A DNA stretch of 64,000 nt from the NCBI RefSeq assembly GCF_036321535.1, contig NC_087436.1:108316001-108380000 (forward strand). Reading direction: 5' to 3'. The DNA comes from Camelus dromedarius. Its lineage: Eukaryota. The position numbers and the translations under genes are program-made. Position 1 is the stretch's first letter. Every line of letters begins with the position of its first letter. Shown here piece by piece: positions 12,817 to 24,750 of this stretch. The notes under the pieces were generated by a model. That model made no database searches. It saw only the letters and a list, made by a program, of their open reading frames with translations, and had not been told where the DNA came from.

Positions 12817-14765
12817 TTTTTTTTTTTAACATTTTTTATTGATTTATAATCATTTTACAATGTGTCAAATTCCAGTGTTCAGCACAATTTTTCAGTTATT
12901 CATGGACATATACACACTCATTGTCACATTTTTTCTCTGTGAGTTATCATAACATTTTGTGTGTATTTCCCTGTGCTATACAGTGTAGTCTATTCTACAA
13001 TTTTGAAATCCCAGTCTATCCCTTCCCACCCTCTACCCCCCTGGTAACCACAAGTCTGTATTCTCTGTCTGTGAGTCTATTTCTGTCCTTTATTTACGCT
13101 TTGTTTTTGTTTGTTTGTTTTTGTTTTTGTTTTTGTTTTTTAGATTCCACATATGAGCGATCTCATATGGTATTTTTCTTTCTCTTTCTGGCTTACTTCA
13201 CTTAGAATGACATTCTCCAGGAGCATCCATGTTGCTGCAAATGGCATTATGTTGTTGGTTTTTATGGCTGAGTAGTATTCCATTGTATAAATATACCACT
13301 TCTTCTTTATCCAGTCACCTGTTGATGGACATTTAGGCTGTTTCCATGTTTTGGCTATTGTAAATAGTGCTGCTATGAACATTGGGGTGCAGGTGTCATC
13401 CTGAAGTAGGGTTCCTTCTGGATACAAGCCCAGGAATGGGATTCCTGGGTCATATGGTAAGTCTATTCCTAGTCTTTTGAGGAATCTCCACACTGTTTTC
13501 CATAGTGGCTGCACCAAACTGCATTCCCACCAGCAGTGTAGGAGGGTTCCCCTTTCTCCACAGCCTCTCCAGCATTTGTCATTTGTGGATTTTTGAATGA
13601 CGGCCATTCTGACTGGTGTGAGGTGATACCTCATTGTAGTTTTGATTTGCATTTCTCTGATAATTAGTGATATTGAGCATTTTTTCATGTGCTTTTTGAT
13701 CATTTGTATGTCTTCCTTGGAGAATTGCTTGTTTAGGTCTTCTGCCCATTTTTGGATTGGGTTGTTTATTTTTTTCTTATTGAGTCATATGAGCTGCTTA
13801 TATATTCTGGAGATCAAGCCTTTGTCGGTTTCACTTGCAAAAATTTTCTCCCATTCCGTAGGTTTTCCTTCTTGTTTTATTTCTGGTTTCCTTTGCTGTG
13901 CAGAAGCTTGTAAGTTTCATTAGGTCCCATTTGTTTATTCTTGCTTTTATTTCTTCTAGGAGAAAGTTTTTTAAATGTATGTCAGATAATGTTTTGCCTA
14001 TGTTTTCCTCTAGGAGGTTTATTGTATCTTGTCTTATGTTTAAGTCTTTGATCCATTTTGAGTTGATTTTTGTATATGGTGTAAGGGAGTGTTCTAGCTT
14101 CATTGCTTTACATGCTGCTGTCCAGTTTTCCCAACACCATTTGCTGAAGAGACTGTCTTTATTCCAATGTATATTCTTGCCTCCTTTGTCAAAGATGAGT
14201 TGACCAAAAGTTTGTGGGTTCATTTCTGGGCTCTCTATTCTGTTCCATTGGTCTATATGTCTGTTTTGGTACCAATACCATGCTGTCTTGATGACTGTAG
14301 CTCTATAGTATTGTCTGAAGTCTGGGAGAGTTATTCCTCCAGCCTCTTTCTTTCTCTTCAGTAATGCTTTGGCAATTCTAGGTCTTTGATGGTTCCATAT
14401 GAATTTTATTATGATTTTTTCTAGTTCTGTGAAATATGTCCTGGGTAATTGGATAGGGATTGCATTAAATCTGTAGATTGCCTTGGGCAGTGTGACCATT
14501 TTAACACTATTGATTCTTCCAATCCAAGAGCATGGGATATCTTTCCATTTTTTAAAGTCTTCTTTAATTTCCTTCATCAATGGTTTATAGTTTTCTGTGT
14601 ATAATTCTTTCACCTCCTTGGTTAGATTTATTCCCAGATATTTTATTACTTTGGGTGCTATTTTAAAGGGGATTGTTTCTTTACTTTCTTCTTCTGTTGA
14701 TTTATCGTTAGTGTAAAGAAATGCAACTGATTTTTGAACTTTAATTTTGTGACCTGCTACCTTGC
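12817..14765 (-). mobile_element. Young 5'-truncated L1 (camelid-type) with poly(A) tail and 14-bp TSD
   Basis: Perfect TSD TGCAGGTACTTCTT at 12803-12816 and 14766-14779. T-run at the left end. AATAAA on minus at 12835-12840. Endonuclease site TT/AAGA on minus. Confidence 0.97.
13140..14765 (-). pseudogene. L1 ORF2p C-terminal ~540 codons (post-RT region and cysteine-rich domain), disrupted
   Basis: ORF track gives [60 protein letters not shown] +1 frameshift near 13865 and a TGA at 13785-13787 separate the two ORFs. EN and most of RT are absent. Confidence 0.95.
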
Positions 14766-16439
14766 TGCAGGTACTTCTTAAATGAAGTAATGAAGTAAAA
14801 TTGTCAGTAGCTTCGATGTTCAATAAATATGAAATATTTTTCCAGGTTCTCCAGACCTACCTTGCCATTCTCCCTCAGATTCTCTGTCCCCAGTATATCT
14901 GACGAAGTATTTGAAATGAAGAGGACTATGCAGTAGATTTGAAAGTAATCATAGAAGGATGAGTGATTATAACAGAAAGAAAGAGAAGGGAAAAAAAAAT
15001 CTGTCAGTAGTCCTGGATTTTTTTTCCTGTTGGGGGAGAAAAACAGTTTCAGGGAGGTTATATAATTTATTTGCTCAAGTTCTGTGCTTTCTGACTCTTA
15101 GTGTGTCATTCTTTCAATCAGTTATACTGCAGTATGAGAAGTCCTGTGAATTAGGTTGACTCTAGTGAGTGGACAATGGGGAAGGAGAAACTGAGAAAGG
15201 CATGATAAATAAGGGCTAGTGGAAGCCCCTGAAGCACTGAGAATAATTTAAATTTGATAGAGAAGGTGACAGGCAGCCCTGGAGGTTTAAGAAAGGGAAA
15301 CACACACTCAAAACTATGAGCAAGAAAGATTCTTTGACAGCCTGTGGTACTGATTGGACATTTCATAGTATAAAACTGGTAAAAACACTTTATGTCCCTT
15401 GATTAAAAAAATATTTACAATGTAAATTGCTGTGTATTCTAGGAATTAGGCTCTTTGTTTCGATTTGTTTTGCTTCGTTTCAGGAGGTCATGCAATTGAG
15501 TTATGTGACTGATACTTACTAGCTCAAACCCAATCATTTCATTTGGCTTAGCACGATTTTCACAACATAGAAATGATTCTGATATTTATTCAAGTTGAAT
15601 AGAGATGTATGATTCCATCAAGTTAATTATTAGCAAAAAAGAAAAAAATGAAAGTGTGATATTGTTTAAATAGCAGATGTGTAATGCAGAGTAATTATGT
15701 TGACTGAAAATGAGCAGTTCCATCAGGCAGACGCCCAATTTTTTCCCCTACCAGTGTCAACAGTGAATGTCTTTTAATACACTGGAAAATTACTATGCAG
15801 ATTTGAAATAACAAAGCAATCACTGCAGGCTTTGTTTAAAATTTCTGTAGAGAATAGGACAAATAAAATGATTACAGTGATTTGAGTAGGTGGAATTTTA
15901 TAGCCATTCACTTAGGAAAACAGTCTCCCAATTAGCTGACAACTGATAGCTTCTGATATTTCCTGAAATGGTTTCAGCATTAAGAGTATTGATCTGCACT
16001 CCTTTTCAGTAGGTTACCTGAGAGAAGGTTATTCTCATTATAATGAACACATGCAAAGGCTGTACTTAAAAATATACATATTTTACTATTTCAAATTTAT
16101 AGTCTAAATGTATTACCTGTATAGGAACTTACACTGATTATACTATTAACACTATTGCAACAATATTATGTTGAGTATTAGTGAGTTTGGAAGCTTTATT
16201 TTCTTCCACTCTAGTTGCCTTGACTGGGGTTCTGAATTTTATGCTTTCATTTTTCTTCATAATTTTGGTAGACAATAAGCAAGTTCACTGGATTTTCCAG
16301 CCTGAATATTTGACAAGTCTGAGTGTGGATTGCGATTTTCTAAGGTCAAACATGTTTAGAGTTAGAAGTATTCAAGATATTTGCTTATAAAGTAGACTGG
16401 ATGGACTGTGAAATGAATGCCTTACCACCAAGTCTATTA

Positions 16440-16930
16440 GATATATGTTTCCTCTGTAACCCAAAAACCAAAAATCAAAACAAGACAACCCCCTCTCCCC
16501 AATTCTGCCTTAAACAAGTGCAGCTTAAATTCCTCACATACCAAGAAGTTTGGAAGTAATTACTTATTTTGGTTTTGTGGATCAACCATGTTGTGCTGTG
16601 ATTTGATATCTCTTGTGACTTGTCTTTCATTCATGCTCACAAGGCAGCTGCCTCAGTTCCAGGCATAACATCCATGCTCAAGGCAAGAAGAAGGGAGAAG
16701 GGCAGTGTGAGCTCTGAGCATGGCAGTCCCATTTATCAGAAAGCACTAACTTTGCCAGCAGGCTGGCAGACTTGTCTTTACATCCCATTGGCTGGACTGT
16801 ATCACATGACCATTCCAACATGCAAGGGACTCTGGGAAGATGTGGTTTTTACAGTCTTTCTAGTGGAGGCAGGTGAGGGAGAGAGATTGGGAATGAGCAT
16901 CGCTTAATTAGCCAGCCAGCCTGGCCTGCA
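16440..16930 (-). mobile_element. Old MaLR LTR, MLT1J-like
   Basis: GCTGCCTCAGTTCCAGGCATAACATCC, ACATCCCATTGGCTGGACTGTATCACATGACC..TGCAAGGGA. Confidence 0.7.
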
Positions 16931-18123
16931 ACAGTAAGGGAGTTATATGAAAGAGTTCCCATTCCCAGAGTTTCTAGATTAATTCTGTTCAAGATTCCAC
17001 TGGAAGTTAGGAAGGGATTTCCTAATGCAGATATCCAGGAATATGCATGAACATGGCCTTCAAATAGTCACATACTCCCCGACATATGTGGAGCGAGCAC
17101 CAGAAGGTCTAGGTCAGGTCAGGGTGCAGACTTCCTTCTTTTTGGTTCCTTTCTCCTCTTTTTGATTATTTCTAATATTTAACATAACTTGGCTGTATCT
17201 CTGGAATTCTCCTGAAGCCATATTTTTGTTCAGGTTTCAAAAAACAATGTTCTCTAAGTTATAACCTCAAATGCATATTTAAATTAGCAGAAACGTGAAA
17301 TATCTATAATTGATAAAATTATTATGTAAATAAACTTCAATTTGAGTTTATTTACACGTCCACATTAGTTTAAATATCTACTTTATGATATTTCACTAAT
17401 AGTTTATAATTCCCTTTCTATTTTTTCATATAACCATTGAAGTCCTTTATGAAAATCCCCTGATTTTTTAATATATGGTATTGGTAACTCATTTGTACAT
17501 AGACCAGCTTACTCACATTTACTAGTCACTCTAGGGGGAAAAAAAAGGCCTACTAAAAGACATATTTGAATCATATTTTTGCACAGAAATAAATTATTAC
17601 TATGTGTATTTCTTATGGTAAACATTTTATAGAAATGACAAAAATTCTACCTTGACTGAAGTTTAAAAAAAGACCAGATATCTCTATGCAACACACTGCA
17701 TAAAGCTGTCTAGCTTTATATATATTTATTAAACAGCAGCAAATTGTATAAAATTACGTTCAGAATACTTAGAGAACTTTAGCTCTAGAAAAGAGGTGTT
17801 ACCTTCGCCAATACCAAAACGGCCTATGTCTCCCTCCTGGGCCTCATTTAAGCTTTGAGGTGTGTGTAACCTGTAATTGGCAGGTCGTCTGCAATTGGAA
17901 GCCTAAACAGATGTGTAAGATTGAGAAGCTTTGCTTTTAGGTGAACACAGGCTTTGAAAATATCAGGTAGGGAGTACTGTCTAATAATTCCAAGAACAGA
18001 ATGTTTCATCATCATAAAAAGACTCAAGAAATCTATTGCCAGAGAACAGCATTAACAAGTATGAACTAAAATAACAAGAGCATAAAAATTTAATTAGTGC
18101 TCTCCTTCAGACCACTAACCAAC

Positions 18124-18149
18124 CACACACACACACACACACACACACA
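18124..18149. repeat. (CA)n microsatellite
   Basis: Direct reading. Confidence 0.95.
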
Positions 18150-19109
18150 GCCATTTGTAAAATAAAAAGACATAAAAGCTTAAAGTCTATTGACTTCATG
18201 TTGACTAATCACGTTAGCCACAGCAGCTTTAATTTAAAGAAGATTGAAAGTAATGAAAGCTTTATCAGCCCTTTTTGTTACAGAGGAGTTAGGGTTTCTT
18301 TACTATCTCGCTTAGCAACCCTATCACTGAGTATTGTTAAGCCACTCTGGAAGATCCACAATACCTCATTTATATATTTCAATTTACCCTCTTTGCAAAC
18401 TGGAAACAGTTCTGTAACACATGGAAGGAAGTTAGGTTAACAGGAGCTGGGGCATCCAGAATTTCTGGGCCCAAGGCAGCTGGTTTAGATGGTGTTCCCT
18501 CAAATCCTAAAGGTTCAGGAAAACTGCCTCTGGGGCTTAGGAGAAGAAAGGAGTGGGAAACTGGGAGGAGGAGCAGCTGCCTGGTTAAGTCCAAGGTTCC
18601 AGAATTCTTGCTTTTGAATTCCCTGGAGATACCCCAGAACTGTGTTTTACTTGTCTAATTTGGTTTCTGTAAAAAGATTTTGTTTGAAGAAAGTATGTTT
18701 TGTTTTAAATTTTTTTGTCTTTGTTCTTGAAAACAATTGTGCCAAAGGAATACAGATATATGAAGGGGGAAAAAAAAAAACAACAGAATGGCCTGAGAAA
18801 CAGTGCTGTGAGTGAGACATGGTAAAACTGCCTGTTATCCTCTGCTTTATTTTCAAACACAAGAAAATAGAACCCAAAGAGAAAATTCCATCCAGCAGGT
18901 AATGAGTGAGCATCCCCATTGCCTAGCACTCTAATATGTGCAGGGGATGAGACAAAGTAAGTGACTTATGGGGGCACAGAGCTAAGTTAGGAAGATCATT
19001 GCACTTAAATTGGAAATTTGGTTTCCTGTCCTGACTCCACCAGAAGGATTGAAGGCCACCATTACTTGTCCTCTTAGAAGTAACTTGTCAGTTTGTAAAA
19101 CGGTGGCAC

Positions 19110-19470
19110 AGTTCTTTGTTAAGCACCTGCTATGCTCCAGGCGCTGTGCTGGGTACTGAGGATCCAAACACAAGTGTGATCTGCTGCCGAGCCCTAAAAG
19201 AACTCACAGAGTAGTAACAGTTATCTGGACAGTAAACCAGGCAACACTTTATCAGGTAATTGTTCTGGGCTGAGCAGTGTTCTAAGCACTTTTACAAGAA
19301 TTAGTTTTTAAATCTTCATGGCAATCCCACTAGGTATATGATATATATGTTTTTTTCTCCCATTTTATAGGTATGGAAATAAGGCATAGGTATGTTTGAT
19401 AACTTGTCCCAAAAGTGCAGGGATGTCTCTGAGCTTAGTTCTTAGATTTCCAGATCCTGTGCCCTAGGCG
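19110..19470 (-). mobile_element. L2 3' tail followed by a MIR
   Basis: TTTGTTAAGCACCTGCTATGCTCCAGGCGCTGTGCTGGGTACTGAGGAT (L2); CCCATTTTATAGGTATGGAAATAAGGC..AACTTGTCC (MIR). Confidence 0.7.
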
Positions 19471-21039
19471 ATTCCATTCTATTGCCTTTTCTTAATCAAG
19501 GAGACGGGATAAGAAGGAAATAGGCAGTGGTTTGGGAATGCATTTTGGAAGCAAGGTGTTCTGTGCAAGTGTTAATTATCATTAAACCAAGGAAAGACAA
19601 ATAAATCAAAAGTTAAATAAGTCACAATTGGAAATGCAGTCCCTGCCCGCAAAAAATGTAAATATGAAAGCAAATATAGGGGTGTTGAGAGGAACCGCCT
19701 CAGGTTTCTGGAGTATAAGTAATATTTTATAAAGTATTCCAGTGCCTTCATTCATAGTCCCTTCTGGATTAACTATTAGTAGGAAGGAGGGAAAGGACCA
19801 GGTGTATCTCAGGTGCTGACTGTGTATGGCTCATCCTCAGCGGCTAGCAAAACAATCCAAATGTAGCTCCCTATGATTTTCATGACACTGAGTTCACCTA
19901 TGCCTTGGAAGACTGGGTTTGGATGTCAGGAATGAAACAACGAAACCCTTTGAGCTAGAGGAGTGTGAAAAATGTACTATCCAAATGGCTGCACTTGTGT
20001 TCTAGAAATAAACCACCCAGCATTGTCAAGACATAGTAGTAAGGAGATGCTCGAGGGGTGCGCCTTTCCCTTCTCTCTTGAGCCTGGATTTTTCTTGCTA
20101 TTACATCTAAAATCTGTTCTAGTCAAAATCTATTTGTAGAAATTGCATTTGTAAATAGAAGCAGATTAGAATAACTTAAAGGTCAATGACCAAGCTGAAA
20201 TATTACAAGTGTGAAGCACATCATTTAGTAGAAGACATTCTCCATAACAAGGTGCCTGCAAACAATTGAGGTTAGAATTTGGTTTTAATTCAGCTAGTGG
20301 GGAAAAAAAATCCTGTCCACATTTGTGATTTTGATACAGCTCCTAGCATCTAGAAACTGTGCCCTTTATTAAGAGCGTGAAAATAGACATTTTAGAAATT
20401 TGCTATCCAGTGTCACTCTTCAATTAACTTCTATTCATTCAGCCAGCAAGAATCAGTGTTCAGCCCATTAAAAATAAGAGGCTTCCTTTTCTATCCCCTT
20501 TGCTGTTATTGATATTGTTAATCATTTTAATTAGTGGCTTCCCACGATTCCAATCAAGCCCAATTAGTCTCAAACCCGATAAACAAGGAAGAGGTGAAAG
20601 CAGCAGCTCAAAACATGGATTAATCTCACTAGTACAAAGTGAAAGCAGCTGCATTTTAAATCGCTTCTGTTCACCTCTCAACAATAGCGTTTCCTGGTCC
20701 CACTGACTATACTGGCATTTGGTTCTTATGAGAAATGTAATCCATAATCATACCCTTCAAAGACTTGTCCTCTGTGCCCCATCGTGTGTATATTTGCTTG
20801 TCCAGATGCTCTCCATCATGCCCTGGTTTACATTTCTCTACACCAGCGACCAAACAGTTTAAATTTCTTGCACTTTCCTTTTCCTCCTCCCTTTCTATGT
20901 GCACGTCTCCCTGCCTTTCTCTTCCCTTACAAAAGTCCCTTCTGCGTTAGAAAAGAGTAATTGCCATTCTCAGTGATTTTGTAGAAGTTCAGTACATCGC
21001 TTTTCAGGCGACCACAATATATGTATCTGGATAGAGTGT

Positions 21040-21230
21040 TAAATTATTTTATAAGACAATTTTCATTTAATTCCCTCAATAACTCTATGAAGTAGTTATT
21101 ACTGTTGGCCCTGTTTTATGGATGAGAAAACTGAGGTTTCAGGACTGTAAGTTAACTTCATCAAGCCAGAAAAAGTTAGACTCAGAATGTGAACTCAGTT
21201 TTATATAGTTCCAGAGCCCAAGCACTGATC
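21040..21230 (-). mobile_element. MIR SINE
   Basis: TCATTTAATTCCCTCAATAACTCTATGAAGTAG...TTTTATGGATGAGAAAACTGAGG. Confidence 0.8.
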
Positions 21231-22009
21231 TCTTATGTTCAGACTTATGCTGGTCTGTCCCTTAAGAACAGAATCAAGACAGTCTCCCAGCTGGAAAATA
21301 TCCAGACACTAAACTTCACCATTAATCTTTCTTAGAATGGCTGCAATGAATAATGTTACTTCTTTATGAAAATTGTATCACTTTATCCAACCCATCCTCA
21401 CTTCTCTGACCATACTTGCCAAATGCCATGGTACTTATTATCTTTCAGACGAGCCAAAGACATTTTATCAGTATTTGCAGGTCTACACAGGAGACAATTT
21501 TTATCTCTTGGAAACTATTCAATCATAACAGGGACATCTATCTTATTACTTCAAAGCCTCGTGATTCTTCCATTTTAAATATGTGACATGGAACAGCCTA
21601 AAAAGCAACAGTTGAGTTTGGATCATGGTTCTAGTATTAACGGTCCAGGGTATCTTGAGCAGGTTCCTCTCCTGAGCCGAAGGCCTTCAGAATATAGACA
21701 TGATAAAGAATGAAAGAATTTAACTCAGAAAATGGCAATTATAAAATTTGCTTTGCAATTTTTTTTTAATTTTAAAGAATTAACTGAAATATGTTTTCAA
21801 ATGTGCCTGGCCTATAACTGTTTCTTAATAATTGGTGGTATGGATTATTACCGTTTATTTATCTTACATCTTATATCAAGCATATGATGATATTTATATA
21901 TAAAAGCAGGTGGACCATGGGTTTCAGTTAGGCAGAATAACAAAAGTGTGACAGTCTATAGCAAAAATCCAACCAAAGGGACTCAAATTAGAAAGAAAAT
22001 TGGGTGTAG

Positions 22010-22360
22010 TGGAGCATTAATCTGGTTATGGGCTCAACTATATCTCTGCTTCATGCTGTAGGTCAGTTAGCCTTGGTTAAAGGCTGTTGCGTGAAGTTTT
22101 GTTCTGAAGCTCAGGCTGAAAAGGCAGCAGTTTTTAAAGAATGTTTTTCTCATGGCAGATCATTAAATCAGCAGAGAAAGCTTAATTATATATGTACAGT
22201 CTTCAGCTTGCATCAGGTCTTCTAATATCCAATTGGCCAAAGCAAATTACATGGCTTCACACAGTGAATTATTCTCTGCCCACTCTCAGACAATAATATG
22301 GACATACAATTTTTTTACAAGAGAATGAAGAATTGTGATCAGTAAATTAATCTAACACAC
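22010..22360 (-). mobile_element. MaLR LTR, MLT1H-like
   Basis: TTCTCATGGCAGAT, CTAATATCCAATTGGCCAAAGCAAATTACATGGC, end GAAGAATTGTGATCAGTAAATTAATCTAACACA. Confidence 0.65.
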
Positions 22361-23989
22361 AAAACTTAGAGATTGCTGAACCTTTTAGCTATATTGATCT
22401 AGAGATTTTTCTGCCTCCTTTGTAGATTTGCTCTGGAATTTAGACCTGAATATCAGCTTGGGTTGAGAGACATCAGTTCTGGAAATGGGTTGAAAATTAT
22501 ACTAATAAAAGAACAAGTCAGCCTGATTATGACTATGGTTCAATTATTTGACCCGGTCCATGTAACCTTCTGTTTGTCGTATGCCACCTTTAAACGCATT
22601 TGCTTTGGTTCTTGGGGCTTCTTTTTTTTTTTTTTTTTTTTGCTTTTACCAAGGTTGCTGGTACACATTGATGAAGCTATTGATTACACATCCATTTGCT
22701 TTTCTAAATTTTTTTCTCTGGGGACTTCATCTCTTACTTTTCATTTTCCATTTTTGGAGCTGTGTTTGTTAGCAGAATGCAGAAAAATCAGTAGCTTCAC
22801 CATTAGTCCTGGGTTTTTTCCCAAATGACTAATTTGAACAGTGATCGTGAAGACTGAATACGATTTTATCTCTCCGTTTTGTACTTAGGAATAGATGCAC
22901 TCTTTAGAGCTGTTAAACAGCATCACTTCTGTTACACATTCGCATTGCATATATTCACGCAAAATCAATATATGTGGAATCAATTCTGATTTCAGTGCTT
23001 TGCAGGTACCATTATGCTTTGCTAAATTGAGGTGATTTCTTATGGCCAAAGAATGAGAAGCAACTAAGACTAAGTTTTATTGGAAACTTCTGCTGGCTCT
23101 TGGGAGAAATGACTGTGATTATTCATTGAGCAGTTTGAACCTAGACTCTTTCTGACTTTGCGTAGAGTTACGCAGTCTCACCTGGCATAACTCACCTGCC
23201 TTCTTAAGGTAGTTTTTCTCCAGTAGAAATTGAGGACACCCTCCTTGCCTTCAGATCTCTGTGTTCCTATAAGATTGTATGTACATACTTCCATTATACC
23301 GCTTTGAATGAATTATGAATATTCTTATATCTCTGTTCCCTAATGAGTTTATGAGAACAATGTGGCAGTACAGAGTATTTGTTCATGTGTGTGTCCAGCA
23401 CCTAAAATAAAATAACCTTTTATTTAATGACTACTCATTGTGATTTTGGGTGCACCATACCAAACATTATAATGAAGACTTCAAATATTAGTTACTTTTT
23501 TTTTTTGAATCTATAAGTTTTCCTATTTGTGTTTCTTATTCCATCTGAGAAATAGTGGTTTGTGGGCACTAATCTGTCCTAGCAGCTTATAGTTCAGTTT
23601 TTAATCATTTTAATCGAATGACGATATGCTCATCCACAACATTAATCTATCTTGAGATATGATCCCTAGTTGAATCAGCACCCTATATTTTCTTGAACAT
23701 TTTTGTTCTGTACCATCTTAGTACTAATTCTGGTTTCATACCTCTCTGGGAATGTATCACTCTTATCTGGATGTTACCTGAGATACATACAGCACAATCT
23801 ATAACAAAATAACCTTTGAGGGCTGGTTCTGAATTCATACAGGTCTGAGTATCATTTACTGACACCTTATGAATTCATTTCAGTGTTGTTATATAGTATA
23901 TGTACATTAATAACCTTTAGTCTGGGAAAAGTCAAAGTCAAAGCAAACCAGAGGATGGTGGTTGGTACTATGGGGTTGTAAGGATCAGT

Positions 23990-24300
23990 ATTTCATCTGT
24001 GTCCTTTTGTATTTATTATTTGTTCCTGGTTTCACTTTTTTGTGATTGTAATGTTCTGAGCTAGATCTTTCTTTCATTTATTTATATAGATCTTTTGTGC
24101 TGCAGACTCTTCACTTTCTCCTGAATTTTTCATAATTCTCTTTGATATTCTATTGCATTTTCTTACACACAGTTCTGTATTCCCTACCCTTCTTTTCTTT
24201 GAATTTATTGGGTATCTTGATCCTTTTCCTCAGTTCTTCGTTAACTCATTATGTTTTATTAAAGATATGCTCGTGGTGAGTTAACAACAATCCACCTCAT
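23990..24300 (-). mobile_element. Possible very old L1/HAL1 fragment
   Basis: T-rich degenerate tract (TAGATCTTTCTTTCATTTATTT...) typical of antisense old L1/HAL1. Weak similarity only. Confidence 0.35.
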
Positions 24301-24524
24301 CCATCATATTTCCTCATATCTAATGAGGTTGTTCTTGTAAGAAGTGCAAACCAGAAGCACATTCCATTCCATTTTTTAACTTCGCTTTGATGCTTTGTTT
24401 GAATTTCTTCTGTAAATAATATCTTAAATCAGTGCCTTTCTTTTGAAGGTCTTTGAATCTATTTGGAATAGTGTGACTATTTTTATCTTTGGCTCCACTT
24501 GTATTTCATGATCCAATTTAGAAG

Positions 24525-24750
24525 CGGTATAGTGGAGTATAAAGAGCTAGATTTACTCAGTCTAAGGTTTCAAATCCTAGGTCAGCCACTTAACTGCCTA
24601 TGTGACCTTGGGTAAATTACTGAGCCTCTCTGAGCCTCAGATTTTCACCTGTTAGCCTTCTGGTTTCATCTGTAGTTTAACCCTCACAGGCCATTTTGAG
24701 GTTAAAGAAAAATATCTGGCACGTAGTATACCTTTTGTAAATGATGGTTA
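24525..24750 (+). mobile_element. MIR SINE, near full length
   Basis: GCGGTATAGTGGAGTATAAAGAGC, TTCAAATCCTAGGTCAGCCACTTAACTGCCTATGTGACCTTGGGTAAATTACT..CTCTCTGAGCCTCAG. Confidence 0.9.

Noticed and set aside
14766..14823. N-terminus ([19 protein letters not shown]) of the 330-aa ORF as a novel L1 fusion protein
   Set aside because: It is flank/TSD DNA that happens to be open and begins at TTG, not ATG; no promoter or splice evidence.
17941..17966. 26-nt microexon candidate (TTTTAG|GTGAAC...ATCAG|GTAGGG)
   Set aside because: Short pyrimidine tract, length not a multiple of three, no recognisable peptide; expected by chance in 64 kb.
22426..22828. Strong acceptor followed by an open frame (FALEFRPEYQLG...)
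   Set aside because: No good donor, the frame runs through a poly(T) tract, and it resembles no protein I recognise.
23154..23179. Small hairpin TGCGTA-GAGT-TACGCA
   Set aside because: A 6-bp stem is within chance expectation and there is no supporting context.
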